A stretch of DNA of 64,000 nucleotides from Octopus bimaculoides (GCF_001194135.2 NC_068991.1:22610386-22674385), one strand, 5' to 3'. Positions 1 through 13,934 are shown, numbered from the stretch's first letter. Notes: generated by a model not told the origin, from the letters alone. Translations and numbers: made by a program.

Positions 1-54
<54 letters not shown>

Positions 55-72
55 ATGCACGTGCGCACACAC
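1..72. repeat. (AC)n microsatellite
   Basis: Directly visible. Confidence 0.95.
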
Positions 73-1607
73 AGAGCTTTGTGCCGAGTCAATTTAGTTA
101 CTTTTATCCTTTCTGGGTTAAGTGAATCAAATACTTTTAAGGCATTGATATTGATTCAGTTGACAATAAACTTCTCCAATATTGCCTTTACTCCTACTCA
201 AATGAAATGATCAGTCTTTTAAATAGTTAAAGCAGTAGTGTTTGGAATGATTTAACTGCCAAAAGTTTCCATCTTAAATGATTTTAGGTGACTGAACTAC
301 ATAGCTATTCCCCAGCAAATGATATATATGGATCAAATTCTTTTAGTAGGCATGTGTCTATTGTATGTATTAAAATAGTGCTTGTAATGTCTTGTAATTT
401 TTATTCTATTATAATATACATAATTCAAATTTTACTAAAGTGAGCTTTGTGTTTCATGCCTCCAAAGTTGGTAAATAAGTACATTATTCTTTTTGCACAC
501 ACACTCCCAGCAAACCCTAATTCTAGAAACCATTCCAGTGGCGACCATCTTATGTTTTCTTTTTCAAGCAGTGTACTTAAGACTACATTGTCTAGTGTGT
601 TCTTCTTCTTTTTAAAATGTTAGAGTGCAATTTAATTTTTTTGAAAACTTGGCTGCTATTTCTAGCAGACTCCTCATTGACTCAATATGTACCAATCGTA
701 TATTGTGATTGACTGACTCAACCATACTCTACTTCTGTTTTTACAAATTTGTGGCTTTGTGTCAATATAAAAGATCATTGTTTCAAGTTGATACTTTTAG
801 TTGAATACTAGATAAAAAAGACAATGCAGCCTTTATCCTTTAGCATTTTAATTTCAGATCACACAAGGAGTGGTTTCTCATATTCATTCACCAGGACTAA
901 CAAATAAAACATATGCTCATTGTGTTTTTAGCTCCAAGTCAGCCCTTATCGAGCTGATATGCGATCAAAGATGTCCTAGCCATGATGATCCTAGTATTTT
1001 GTATATTAGGGATTAAGATTTAAGCAATATGATAGAGATTTGAGAAAGTTTTTAGTGCTATTCCAGGGAGATTGAGTGACAGCATACTGCTTCTCTAATA
1101 ACAACTATTAATATAGGATGGTTACTTCATTCAACTTCAATACTCACCACCCCACATACAACACAAACACTTTTTAAAAATAAATGGCTTTGTGACTGGT
1201 TAAAAAAAAAAAATTCTCATCATTATGGGTATCATCAACATCTTTGCTTTTGCTTCTTTTTTTTTTTTGTTTAGTTATTTTGCTTTTCACTGAGAAAATG
1301 GGGAAAGAGAAATTTGCACTGTGAATAAAGTAAATGTTGGTGTTTCTTCTGAGAATCCATACTGGATGAAGAACTCAACAGGAAACTTGCTCTCACCCCT
1401 TTTTACTGATGAATATTTTGTATGAGAGCAACAGAAGATGATGCTGTTAAATTTGGTTAGGAGTTGGATAGAAGAGGAAATAAAGACATTTTGGTATTCA
1501 CATGTCTTTCTCAAAGACCAGTTACATGGATAAGTTTTTTGTAAGAATTGGAGCTTGAGATAAAAGGGACTTTGTAGTATTTGCACTTTTTTCCAGTGTC
1601 AGTGAAT

Positions 1608-1835
1608 TGTCAGTGTTGTTTAGCCTCTGATCAGCTCTGACAGAGCTGAACTGTAATCAAAAGTATCTCAACCTTGACCATCTTGTATTTCTACTTTTAT
1701 TTTTGTTTTGTTTTCAGCTATAATGTATCTGGCAATGTATTATCCAATGTCTTATTTTTTTCTTTTTTTGCAAGACAGTCAAGTGTGTGATTTTCATAAG
1801 AGACTTGGTTACTTTTTCTAGCAGCTTATGTGGTT
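1608..1835 (-). repeat. Dispersed repeat with (AAC)n tail on its sense strand, representative copy
   Basis: Pattern TTGTTTAGCC..AGGTCAGC.CTGATC...GATCAAAG..ATTCCAGCCATGACC...GATTTGGCTGCTATTTCTAGCAG. It recurs at about 500-700, 915-1000, 5030-5175, 8400-8650, 20295-20500, 22350-22440, 32965-33170, 39565-39745, 49130-49325, 50425-50625, 52185-52560, 52855-53005, 54590-54815, 60265-60420 and 61170-61920. Confidence 0.75.
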
Positions 1836-2294
1836 GTATAAATAGATACTCCCTAATTGCTAAGTGTTTTCAGTTGTTCTTGGCAGACATGAAATGATAG
1901 AGCTATGCTAGTGTCCCAAGCCAATTGGTTTAGCTATATTAATTTTAGCTTGGAGTTGTTGGAGTTTTATTATTTATTCAAAGGTAAATTATAGATCTAA
2001 CTAGAACTAAAACTAGAACTAGAGTCAAAAGCAGAAGTTTCAAGAATCTGTCAGGTGTGAGTGTTGAACCATAATATGCTCAATGTATATAATATTGCAC
2101 TATGATATACCCCATGAGTAGATTATTCCCTTGATTGAACAACTGGAATCCTCAGCATTGTAATTGACGGAGGTTTCATCTACTTTAGAATTTTTAGAAT
2201 GTGTATTGTCTAAGTTCTCTGATCATTTCTATTAATATAACCATAGCACATGTACTCCATGTATTTTTTAGTGTTCATTCTTATTTTTTATGTA

Positions 2295-2838
2295 TTACAG
2301 CTTTAATTTTAGAAGGCCATAGTATTTTCTCAAATCAGCTTTTACACACACACCTCAAAAGTTAATAGACACCATCATTTTCAAAAATTTTATTTCTCCA
2401 TTCTTCTTTGGATATTCATTGGTCAAAGAAGAAGTTTCCTCCTAGTCGTCCTGCTATAGTAGCCAAATTGATAGAGATACCTCACAGAAGTACTCTAACT
2501 CATTTGGAGTTGGTCAGCAACACCAGCTGCCTTACAGTGGGGATTATTTTCAACAATCTGCTCGATAGCCCAAAGACAGAGTGCCCTGGTTGACCTGAGT
2601 GGTATGCTGTTGATCCCTTTCACTTGTTAGTGAATTGCACAATCAGTTTGTTGAGTGTGAAAAGAGGAGCCACAAGGTTTTGTGCAATCTTATTCTGGCT
2701 AAGTCCACCTTCAGACAACTCTGTGGCTTCTGGTGTTCGCAGCATGGCTAGTTGCTATAAACAATTAATATACTGTAATCTGAAATGTAAAATAATTTTG
2801 GAGCACTAGGTAGTGTCCCCATAGATAAAGTTGTATAA
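2295..2838 (-). mobile_element. Degenerate Tc1-like DNA transposon remnant (N-terminal HTH region)
   Basis: Minus-strand frames read GLSQNKIAQNL...SGQPG and IEQIVENNPHCKAAGVADQLQMS*STSVRYLYQFGYYSRTTRRKLLL*PMNIQRR, resembling Tc1 paired-like HTH/GRP/homeo-like segments with stops. TA-CA ends are weakly inverted. Confidence 0.7.
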
Positions 2839-2876
2839 TGAGGGTTGTCTATTTACTTTTGAAATGCATGTATATG

Positions 2877-2996
<120 letters not shown>

Positions 2997-3158
2997 CTGT
3001 AAAAATATAAGGTAAAACTATAACTTTGTTTTCTTTTCTTTTTGTAGTTTACTTTATACCTTCTAGCACTATTTCAGCCTTACCCAACAAGTCTTTTCAA
3101 TGTAATATTTCACAATGCTTCACCAAAACCACACCATTCACACACACACACACACACA

Positions 3159-3385
3159 CAAGAAGGTACTGAAAAATTCCTGGCTTTGGGTAAAAAAAAA
3201 TACAGGAAGATCAGTTAATCATGATTTTATTCAACATATTCCTCTCTCAGATTCACACACTTAATGCAGCAGTCCTTCAGTTTTTTTAAGTCATGTTAAA
3301 GAACTCACAAGGTTGAGCCACCAACCAAGCCTTTCGCAATCCTCTTATAGCCAGAAACTTTTCAGCACCCTCTCCTATACGTATA
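3159..3385. mobile_element. Mariner-type MITE
   Basis: Inverted ends AGAAGGTACTGAAAAATTCCTGGCT and AGCCAGAAACTTTTCAGCACCCTCT; no coding capacity. Confidence 0.6.
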
Positions 3386-4969
3386 ATCTCATAGTCCTTA
3401 CAGATAAGAATCCTATCATATCATCACAACCCTTATATCAGAATAAAAAATTTGTTGAGTTATCAATGTCTAGGTAAAACAGAGTTTGTAACCTCATTGT
3501 GTGTGACCCATAAATAGTGTTAGTGATCAAATCGTATGTTTATAGACACTCTAGTCGACAAGTAGGTTATCTGTGTCTAAGTTGTGTACCCCATAGCCTC
3601 TTGCACATCAACACCCAGATCTTGGGTGTTCCCCAAAGTCTATAAATAGAGCATCGGTAGTATTTAACTGAAACCTAGTTCTAATATACCTTTTGTTTTG
3701 AAATATTGTTTGCCTGGTTGATTTATACCAGAAGTATTGACATCCTTACAGGCAGCTTTGCATGTCTATTTTATGGATTCTACTATTGCTTGTACAAAGC
3801 AATCTTTTTGACTAATCCTTGTAGCCAAATGACAATTGTATTCATATAAGGTTCTTTGTTCTCTGCCTCATTGTAATTAATATTTCAAAAATCTTAACTG
3901 CAGTGTTCATTTGACTGGTAACACCAAATATCATTCGGTTGGCATTATCTTGTCTTTTTTTTCTTTCCTTCTCTTTTTGTTTTTGTTATTATATGACAGC
4001 ATAAGTAAAAGAGAATTCTTCAGCAGTTGCCTTTGCCTCATCAAAAATGTATGAAGTAGATGAGGGAAATATATTTACCATGCTGTTTAAACTGTTTACA
4101 TTGTTGTTGTCGTCCTTTGTTGAATGCATGGAAAGAGTGTGCGCTGTGATGGTGGTAGTAAAAGAGATTATCCATCCACAATATTTTCTGGGATTCAAAA
4201 AAATGGTAAAGATTTGGGTCATAACAGTAGAAAACATTGTAATGATTGCGTCTCAGAATTAATGAGTCCTAATCCCAGTGTATTCAACTTTTTCTCTTCC
4301 TAAGCAGATGATGGTGTGTGTGTGTGTATGTGTGTAAAGAAAGTTTAAATGCATCAGTAGTATACTGGAGGATAGAGGAGAGGTTTTTTCCCATTAATTC
4401 TATGTGCACAATTTTTATGCAGTTTGACCTTGTACCTATTCTAAAGATAATATAGATGGCTTGGAATAAATTACAAAACGAAGCACTGTTTACTCATAGT
4501 AGTTTTTTTGTCTTCTTTTTATTGCATCAATGTTCTTTTTGATCTGTGAGAAAATGTTTTTCTTTGACCGCCTTGTTTGTTTATCACGTTGTCATTTCAT
4601 TAATATTGTTTATTGACCTACAACCATGTGTTCTCACTTAACCATACACACACTCTCACATGTCACTTTAAAGCATTTCAATTCCATACACCCAGGGAGT
4701 AGACATTTCTTTCTCTGTCAGTGAAACAATAGACCAGTGATTCTCAATCATTTTTGAATTCATGGTCCCCTAGATGGAGATCAAAGAAAATATTACTGGT
4801 ATACTTTGCATAGAAAATTTTTTTTTTTTTAATTTGTTTTAATGTAAAAAAATTAGAAAAAAAAACATACAAAACTATGTTTATCTTGTTTCATTAATTG
4901 TATTTGTGTATAACAAAATTATGAATAACATGTTTTTTCAAAATAATCAAGCATTAGCTGCAGTGGTTC

Positions 4970-4978
4970 ATTATTATT

Positions 4979-5035
<57 letters not shown>
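4970..5035. repeat. (TTA)n(TTG)n microsatellite, tail of an AAC-tailed repeat
   Basis: Directly visible; source of the poly-Asn ORF. Confidence 0.95.
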
Positions 5036-5037
<2 letters not shown>

Positions 5038-6000
5038 GTCTTGAGTCAAATTGAGTAGACTTTTGATTGAAGACATTCTTGCTTCTTTTCTGTGTTTTGA
5101 TTTGGTTGCTATTTCTAGGAGGTCGAGTGACCATGTAGAGACTTCTTGTCAGCTTGTGAAATAGCAGATGATTGCTGGTAGTGACTTTGGTGTAGACTGT
5201 TAACTGAATCCTGCTTACTTGCTGAAAAGTGTCATGTGTTGGTGATGAGGACACCATTCAATATATCTAAAGGGTAATTTGGGAAGAAACCTGTGAAGAC
5301 TAACTTCAGATTTATTGGATCTCAGAATAAATTAACTAGAGCATAAACAAGTGGGAAGATGTATTGTAGATATAGCAAACGTTAATAAATGAATAGGAAA
5401 ACTAACAATGTAAGTATAATTGACTGCCTGTGGAGTAGTGACATGCAAATGGGAAGTTTGCTATATTGCAAGAGAACAGTGAGCCATTCCTTCAATGTTA
5501 TGCATCGATTTCTGTCCTACTGTATATTCTTGTAATTGCTGTCGTTGATTGACACCATGTGAATATTAATCCAACAAACCTATGTCCGAAGGTGTTCCAA
5601 CCAAAGCCATCCAGTCTTTTATTCTGATATAGTGTGTGTAGAAGGCAGTGATTCCTAACCTTTTTCTATGCCCTGCACCCCAAGGAGCTGTGTGATTAAT
5701 TTTCCTACTCCCTACAAAACTAATATGATATTTGAATTATTTTTTTAAATTGAAACATATGCAGTATTGTGGAATAATAAAGTTCTTGGTATGCTTAAAA
5801 GAACAATGTTATTTTTAAGAGTTTGGTAATTTTATTCTGCAAAGTGATTTTAATAAAGTATATATTTTCTTGCCTTTGTTGCATTGACTGAAATGCCATT
5901 TCACACCTCCAGTGAGTGAAGGACCCCTAGGTTGGATATCCAAGTAAGATGTGGGTGCTCTATGTAGCAGGTCAAAAATCCACATAGATTCTCTTCTTGA

Positions 6001-6979
6001 CCCTTTCGTTACTAACCTGGCCGTAGCCGGCCGAAAATTTTTGGTTCATAAGACTAGCCGGCCGAGCGTACCCATTGTTATTTAAATGTATATTTGAACC
6101 CAAATTTCGTTAGTACATTCGTTCAAACACCTGATTTCACTTTGCAAACAGTTGAGTTATTGTCTCTGACATTATTTGGCATGATATTTGAACTCAGTGA
6201 ATTTTGGAAGATTTTTTTCCACATTTTTTGCGGCGTTAATTTTTTTCAACTTTGAAGATGGAGAGGAGTTTCATGCTATCAAGCAGTGATTCCGAATTTG
6301 AAGGTTTTTCAACAGAAGATATGGAGGTATCGAAGAAAAGAATGAATGAGCTACAAAAGTACGTGGTGGACGATAATGAATCGGATATTTCTGTATCCGA
6401 AACTGAAATCAGCGACGGCGACAGCGAGGATGATTTTACACCAGAAAAATATTTTTAAAATATTTTTATTAACAATTTTTCTGAGGAAACAGGGTCTACC
6501 CATAGTCCTTCNNNNNNNNNNCGCAGATTGTAAACAAACCGGAAAAAAAAAGATAGCTTGTGGTTTCCTGCAACTGTAGATGAAATACGGGCATTTTTTG
6601 CCATAAATATTATTATGGGTATTAGACAATTACCCAGAATAACAAATTACTGGAGCGATCAGGAACCTTTTGCCGATGAATATATTTCCAGTATTATGAA
6701 CGAGTACGATTCGTGAAGCTGAACCAATATTTACATGTGAGAGACACTAGCAGTACCACCCCCACCCCCCCAGTATGTGGAGAACTTAGAGACAAAAATT
6801 ATGCAATAGAATTGATTAAGAACCCTTTCTTTAATTATGTTCCAAATATCACATTAATATGTTGATAAATAAAAAAGTTACAGGTGTTTAATGAGACTAG
6901 TCTAAATTCATGATTATTTTAGAATTTAATTGAAACTCATAAGGGGTGTATTTTGGCCAGAAATATAGTAACGAAAGGG
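6001..6979 (+). mobile_element. Internally deleted piggyBac transposon
   Basis: Perfect 14-bp TIR CCCTTTCGTTACTA / TAGTAACGAAAGGG. TTAA on the right (6980-6983) and TTGA on the left. Acidic N-terminal ORF (SSSDSEFEGFS...) plus fragment TVDEIRAFFAINIIMGIRQLPRITNYWS and a frameshifted R.RFVKLNQYLHVRD. The catalytic core is missing. There is a 10-N gap at 6512-6521. Confidence 0.9.
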
Positions 6980-7215
6980 TTAATGGATGTTGAACCAATT
7001 ATGCCTCTCTCTTTCTCTCTCAGATACAGTTGCTTATTTTGAGAAGTTACAGGTGGGTTATGAAACGCAGTCAATTCAAAGACAACTTATGTGGAGCTTT
7101 CTTTTTGAGACAGTAAAAAATGATTACCCTCAAACCCATGCTGATGGTTCTTGAATAAATCCTCAAATCCATATTGATGCTTGTTGAATAAGTTCATTAT
7201 AATGATATACCATAT

Positions 7216-7427
7216 TTAACCTTTTGCCTGTCCTAAACATCCATGCCTGTTTTTAGATTTTGATTTAGTCCTAGTTTCGTGCCCTCTGAGTAATAATATA
7301 AAGCTTTCTATTCATAAGTCCCAAGTTACTCTGATGGTTGAAAAAAAATCGGAGTATCTGATATCTGGACGCCAGAGAAATATGTCCTATGTATCCCATG
7401 TGATACATTGGACAGGCAAAGAGCTAA
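7216..7427. mobile_element. piggyBac-type MITE, family A, copy 1
   Basis: TTAA-CCTTTTGCCTGTCC ... GGACAGGCAAAGAG-CTAA. Internal sequence is shared with 7976-8224. Confidence 0.65.
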
Positions 7428-7975
7428 ATATGTGCCTGTGGAGACACTTGCTATAACTGTTGTTGCTGTTATTGCTGTTTGTATATCAAGTACATTAGGA
7501 TGATGCAAAACTATTGTTACAACAACTTTAGTAATCCAGGCACTGCCTGAATTTACTAACCTTTTTTTTGCTGTTGTTCTCCAGTGAATCTAAGCTTCAG
7601 TTTTTGGTTGAGATTATTTTCACTTACATTACTAATATTTGTGAAAGTAACCAAAAATGTTACTTTCCATTAAGTATTCATCCTTTGCCAGTTAAATAAT
7701 CTTTCATCCAACCCACATCAATTTCTTTTTTGTCTTTGGTAAACCAGTTTTTCTCCATTTTTGACCTCACTAGCCTTTCTCACTTGTTTTATTGAGTATT
7801 TCAATTTTATTCATCCTATTGAGATGGCTGTCCCCACGCATTCCCACAACTTTTTTTTTTCCTCTTGAACTGATCTTGGTAGCAGTGTTTCACTGGTTAC
7901 TTTGTATTTCATATCATCATTATATTAATAACCCTGCAGATTTTCGGGTTGCACACAAAGGGAGATCTTGCATTG

Positions 7976-8224
7976 TTAACCCTTTCCCTATCCAAAACAT
8001 TTTGATAAGTTTGTTCTAAAATGTCCATGTTTGTTTTCAGACTTTTAGTTAACCCTTGTTTCCCACATTCGGAATAATACTAAGGTTTCCTTTCACAAAG
8101 TCCCAAATTACTCTTGTTGAAAAAAAAAAAAAAAAAAAGGTAGGAATGCGTATCATTTGTGGTGCATGTATGCCAGGGAAATATGTCCTGTCACATATGA
8201 TACATGGGACAGGCAAATGGTTAA
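7976..8224. mobile_element. piggyBac-type MITE, family A, copy 2
   Basis: TTAA-CCCTTTCCCTATCC ... GGACAGGCAAATGG-TTAA. Shares GCCAG.GAAATATGTCCT...GATACAT.GGACAGGCAAA with copy 1. Confidence 0.65.
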
Positions 8225-9487
8225 ATTGGCAGAGTTGAAATGGTTTCCTTATGATTTGAAAGCATTTTGTTTTCAGCTTGTAACACATTGTGTTAGTGTT
8301 TTGCTAATACTTCTTAAAATACAAATTTCAAATTCCTTGATTTGTTGTTAATTTTCATAGTTTTTGTTGTAAGCTTTCTTTGTATGTTATTTGGGGGATA
8401 AGCATGGTCCAGTACTTTATACTAGGATCAGATGTCTATGAGTTAACAGGAGAACCTCTTTGTAGCTGCTTGACCTACTAAGAATAATAGTCGAATGTCC
8501 CTTGAATCACATCTTACTGGCTTAAGCCAGGAAAGATAGTATAGTTTGAGATTAAATATGTTTGAAAAAAGAAGTAAAGGAAAAAGACAGCAAGAACTCT
8601 TATCATATAAGGTTTGCTAGATCAGAGCTGAATTGGGAGTTAAACAGCAGCTGTGATTTTGACCAACTCAAAGCCATCTGTGGTTTTGTATATTTATTGA
8701 TGATGGCTACAGTTGTGCAACTTTGTTGTCATTAAACTATGTACTGTTATTCTTTAGGTGAATCATTACTTGAATGACGTTGGCCTTTTAAAACTGTTTG
8801 CACTAAGAGCTTACATAGGCTAACTCAATTTTCTAGAAAGGGCACCCAAATCTTTCTAAATTACAAATACTATGTTGCAAAAGGAGGGACACATTGAATA
8901 ATGGTTGTGCTAGACATACACTGCTCAAGAGAAAGACTGAGATGGTCATGACTGGAAGGCCATTAATTATAGGTCTACTCAGGATTAACATTGAACCTAA
9001 CAAATAATGATGATAAAAACCATACAAATTAACTTTTAGCTGAATATGAATTCCGTGTGAGCACTTTGTTGAGGTTTCTCTTAACTTGCAAGACTAAACT
9101 CAAATATTACTCTGGAAGTAAGCTGGCTAATTAATTCTTGATTAAAGTCTTATGTAAAAGGTTATGAATATTCACCATCACTCAATTCTTATGTCTTGTA
9201 TGTTTACATGTTATTTGAAGATGATTGAAGCACAAAAATATGTAGTCTGAACAAAACGCATATGACTCTAGACTTCTAGAATTTGGATAACATTTTGATT
9301 CTGGTGTTTTCTATTAATATGATTGTTATTAGCATCCAGTCTATAAATAAAATGAAAACCTTTGATATACGATTAGGTGAATGTCTCCAGGTTGAGTTGA
9401 CATTTTCGTTTTTACCTCAATTGAAATGGTAGAGAAGTCCAAAGCTGAAGTTAACATTGTATTGTATAAAGTTAACAGTGTGCATGA

Positions 9488-9523
<36 letters not shown>

Positions 9524-11048
9524 CAGAGGTGATGGTGAACATTTAAACTGTCGTTGTTATATTTATAGATATGTGTGTAGAGTGTTACCTCTGTGCAGGC
9601 ACTTGCCTATGTGCATGTCTTTAAATTGAGATGTGAATGTATTTGTAAGTTATTATATGTATGAGAGTCTAAATAGTTAAGTGTATATGTGTAACTGTAA
9701 AGATGATTACCTGTATGTGTGTGTGAGTGTATTTGTAAGTTGTTACATTGTGTGTCTGTGTATCTGTAGGTTGTTACAGTGTGTGAGTGTGTCTGTGTAG
9801 ATGGCTAGCTGTGTGTATGCATAACTGTATAGATTATCTTTGTCTTGGTGTGTGCGTGTGAAGAGAGAGAGAGAGACTGCTATTTTATAATTTTAAACTC
9901 AAGGAAATTAAAAATCCTATCTATTAATTAAGCTGTTGAGGAATTTCTAAGATATTTATTATAAAAAGGTTGAATATTACATTCCAAGAATTATGGAAAT
10001 AATAGTTTCTCATCAATCTCTTAATCTGTTTACACCCTTCTAGGGTTATCATAGCATGATGGGTGTGTATTTGCTGATTTTGTAATGATACCTTAAATTG
10101 CTTTGAGGCTTCAAGCCCAATAGGAATCTTACCTTATCTATCTTCATAATGTAATTATGGTAGTGAAATAGAATCTCACTATACTTAGGTGAAGTATTAT
10201 GGCACTTTTAATGTCTTAATGCATAAATATTTATGTACATGTTAAATAGAAAGTGACTCTGAACAAGGATTTCATGAGGACTGTAGAGGACTCTTGTATC
10301 ACATAGAGCACAGAAAATTTGTACAGACTTTTTCTCTATTTAAATTACATTAGAGATTATAAACACTAGTATGCAACAAAACCAGAGCACCTGGCATGCT
10401 TATGGAACAGGAACCCCCATTTATTATCGGTTACACCACAAAGTGTCTGCCACTCAAATTAGGCAGTATATGTTGTTTCCACTTCTATCAGTTTAATTGT
10501 ACTATTAAGCTACTTAATACTTTACTATGAAGACGCAGGGTGTTTGGTTTACGATCATAAAATCCACATTCAATTCCTGAACCACACAGCATACAATGTC
10601 CTTGAGCAAGACACTTCATTTTATGTTATGCCAGTCTACTCAAATAGCCAAGTAGTGGTACAGTCCTCTCAGCCTCCTGCTGTAACATCCTGGTTGTTTC
10701 ACAATGTTAAAGGTGAGAGCACTGAGAAGCCAGCTGTGTCTACTCATGCTTATCAAATTAAATGAAAATATGATTCATATCATTTGGCTATACTTACTTG
10801 CAAGTTTCTGTCTTTTGTACTTTATTGTATTGCTAGTACTGTTGAAATGATACTAAATTTGAAAGGGGAGTTTTTAGCTGCTCTAGTGTTATTAACTATG
10901 TAGTCATTCACCTAGTAAATGATGAATATGTGTTTCAAATCCCTTCACTAGGCCTATTGCCTCATTCCAGTTTCAATATAATTTATGTAGAATATTTTTC
11001 AGAAGTTTGCAGGGATTGTAATCTTATACTGATGCTTCTTTGATGCTT

Positions 11049-11276
11049 TTGACCCTCAGCATTTATATTACTCTGTCAAACATAATGCTTATTTATTCAC
11101 ATTGTTTTGAATTAATCATGCATCAGAATCATAACTTTGAGATTTTGATGACATGATTGTTTAATTTTAGAATGACTTTGTAAAGTCGGTGTGAGAGGCC
11201 AGATCTGGTTGGTTTGAAGATAAAACAGATAGAATATTTGGGCCAGATATGGCCAGTTTAAATGCTAAAGAGATAA
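11049..11276. mobile_element. piggyBac-type MITE, family B (inverted relative to 17978-18205)
   Basis: TTGA-CCCTCAGCATTTA ... TAAATGCTAAAGAG-ATAA. The body is the reverse complement of the 17982 copy. Confidence 0.65.
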
Positions 11277-12189
11277 GACAAATGTTAATGGGAGATGGTT
11301 TTCTGTAAACAAATTTCGATAGCTAATTGCTTGCTGTCTATAAACCATCTGTTTTGTATTAGGCATATAAACTAATGATGATGATTATATTTGTCATAGG
11401 TCCGCCCTATAATCAGTGACATACCACCCATATTACTAATTATACCATCCTGACTTTTTCACATATTGTTTATTTGGGACTGCATTAACCACTGTGTCTT
11501 ACCATTCTTTTTTTAAAAGATGTTTGGATGTGAGTTGAGAGATATTTTATTGTTATTTGTAGTAAGTTAAAAGACTATGTAGAACTTCCTTGTTGATTGT
11601 AGGCTCTTAAGCTTATAGAAAAAGGGAAAATAATGACTGTGACATTCAAAACTTAAGAATCTTATGAACTTTAAGTGAAATGTAATGATTGCTAACATAA
11701 AAATAAAGCCAAGAGGCATGCTTGCATTGTCAGAAGTTCATTTTCTGCTTTGCATCACTAAATAATTTTATATGTTAACAAATATTGCTTTCATTTGGGT
11801 ATGATTGTTAAAATATGATAAATATTATTGTCACTATGAACCACTGGTGCTTCTCTGTCTTTAGCTATAAAGAGACAAAAGATGAAACTTGCTTTGGAAA
11901 GTCTCTTAAAGGCAATTTTCCCAGATGACCTGGCATGAATTCCTCTCAACCCATTGCACTGAGATGCATTCATGTTTTTTGCAGAGTACAATCTGTTGCA
12001 AGAATTCAGGCTAGGTCCCTGCTGTGAAGGTAATTTCTTCCCTCACTCCACTACAACTGTTGAGGGTGTATGAAAAGGGTTGCAAGTGATCCTTTCTTCC
12101 TCTGACTTAACTGTTAAAAAAATATAAACACAAAACTCCTGAACTACCTGCTGATACCTTAGCTACTCAACTGTTTTCACAACAACTGT

Positions 12190-12239
<50 letters not shown>

Positions 12240-13934
12240 ATTATCATCATCATTTAATACCTTTTTTTCCATACTGGCATGGGTCCAATGGTGTGAACGG
12301 ATACAAGCCAAAAGACTGTGTCGTGCTCCATTGTCTGTTTTTGCATAATTTTTATGGCTGGATGCTTTTTCTAATGCCAACCACTTTACACAGTGTACTG
12401 GGTGAGTATTTTTTTTTTCATGACATCAGCATTAATGAGGTTACCAAATAACTTACATGACAAAGAAATTACTCTTTAACTGTGTGGAGTTGCATTAGAG
12501 AGAGGTGTAGCTTTATACCAAGTGTTGATAGGCTAAAGTACACACACACACACACACACATGCATTAATATTTATGTACACATACATTACAAATATACAT
12601 GCACACATGTATATACACACATACAAACATACATATGCACACACATATGCACACATGTATGTGTGTGTATATATGTATCTGAATGTATGTATGTGTTCGT
12701 GTCTATGTGTGTTTATATGCTCAATAACATTCCAAATTTGTACTCAGTATGTTATTGTCACCTTCACATTTGTGCCAATTATTGAAAACATTATTGCAAG
12801 TAATCAAGTTTACCATCAATTATGCATAGTCTTTTGCACTTCAGTGCAATTGTCGAACTTTTCATGTTGTTCCATGCACAGCAGTTTGAAGCAGCTCAGT
12901 TACTATATCAGTTCTTTAATGCACTGTTTGCACTCAAAACACTCCTGCATTCTGCAAATCTTGTTTCTTCAGAAATTTAAGATGCAGCTTTGTTAATCTT
13001 TGATCAGCTATTTTGGGTTTTCTCCTGCGTGCTTTTCTTCTGACAACACCTTTATAAAAAGTTTTAGGTTTCATGTACTGGGCCTTTGCTTGGATGTTTG
13101 TCCTTGTTATTTTTGTAATTATTTAGAAGCTCCGTGTTTTGTGTGTTTTTAGCTTCACCTTGAGTATCTGTTCTTTGTGTAGTACTTTGTAAATCTCTAT
13201 ATTTCATTTTTTGGGCTGGCTTCATTATGTTTTGTTTCATATGTTGCAGCACTTTTTATTAAGCTATACCTTTCATGTACTGGACTGTAGCCAATGTTGT
13301 TCTTCATGTAGCATTTAATAAAGCTATAAATTTAAACTATTAACCCTCAGTTTTATTTATTTGTCCATGCCATAACACTTTATAATCTATAAGTATTATG
13401 TGTTAGGCTTCAGCTTTGATTTCTTTTCTTCCTTTTTTTTTTTTTTTTATTAATTCATGGGATACATTAGAAAAGCATCCAGAAAAAAAAATATATATAC
13501 GATCATCTTTTTAATTGATATAGTTTGAGGCAATATAAATATCCCACAATGAGTTATGTCACAAGAAAATTTACATCAGCTTCTTTTGAATTCACTCTGT
13601 AAATGTTTATCCAAAATTTTTGCAAGGTGATCTATTGAAAATGTATCCCTTTTGTACGAGCTGCTGTTTCTGTTGTGCTTTTTAATCTTTCAGCGATTAC
13701 TCTGACACTGAAAGTACACTCTTTCTTAACTCTTTTCTGTTGGTATCATTTGATGAGTGTCTTTTGAAACTTTCTTTCATGAGTTATTAATTCAAAACTC
13801 ATTCTTGGATGAATTTGCAGGCGAAATTCCGTAGAAATTCAAGATCACGTAATGTATTGGTAAATAATTTACAATTCTAAACATTTTTGCTATTTTTTTT
13901 TTTTAAATTGTAATAGTCGTTTCAAATACTATAT

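Noticed and set aside
3989-4262. Overlapping ORFs on both strands with nearby splice-like sites
   Set aside because: No recognisable homology, no consistent exon chain, and the length is within chance expectation.
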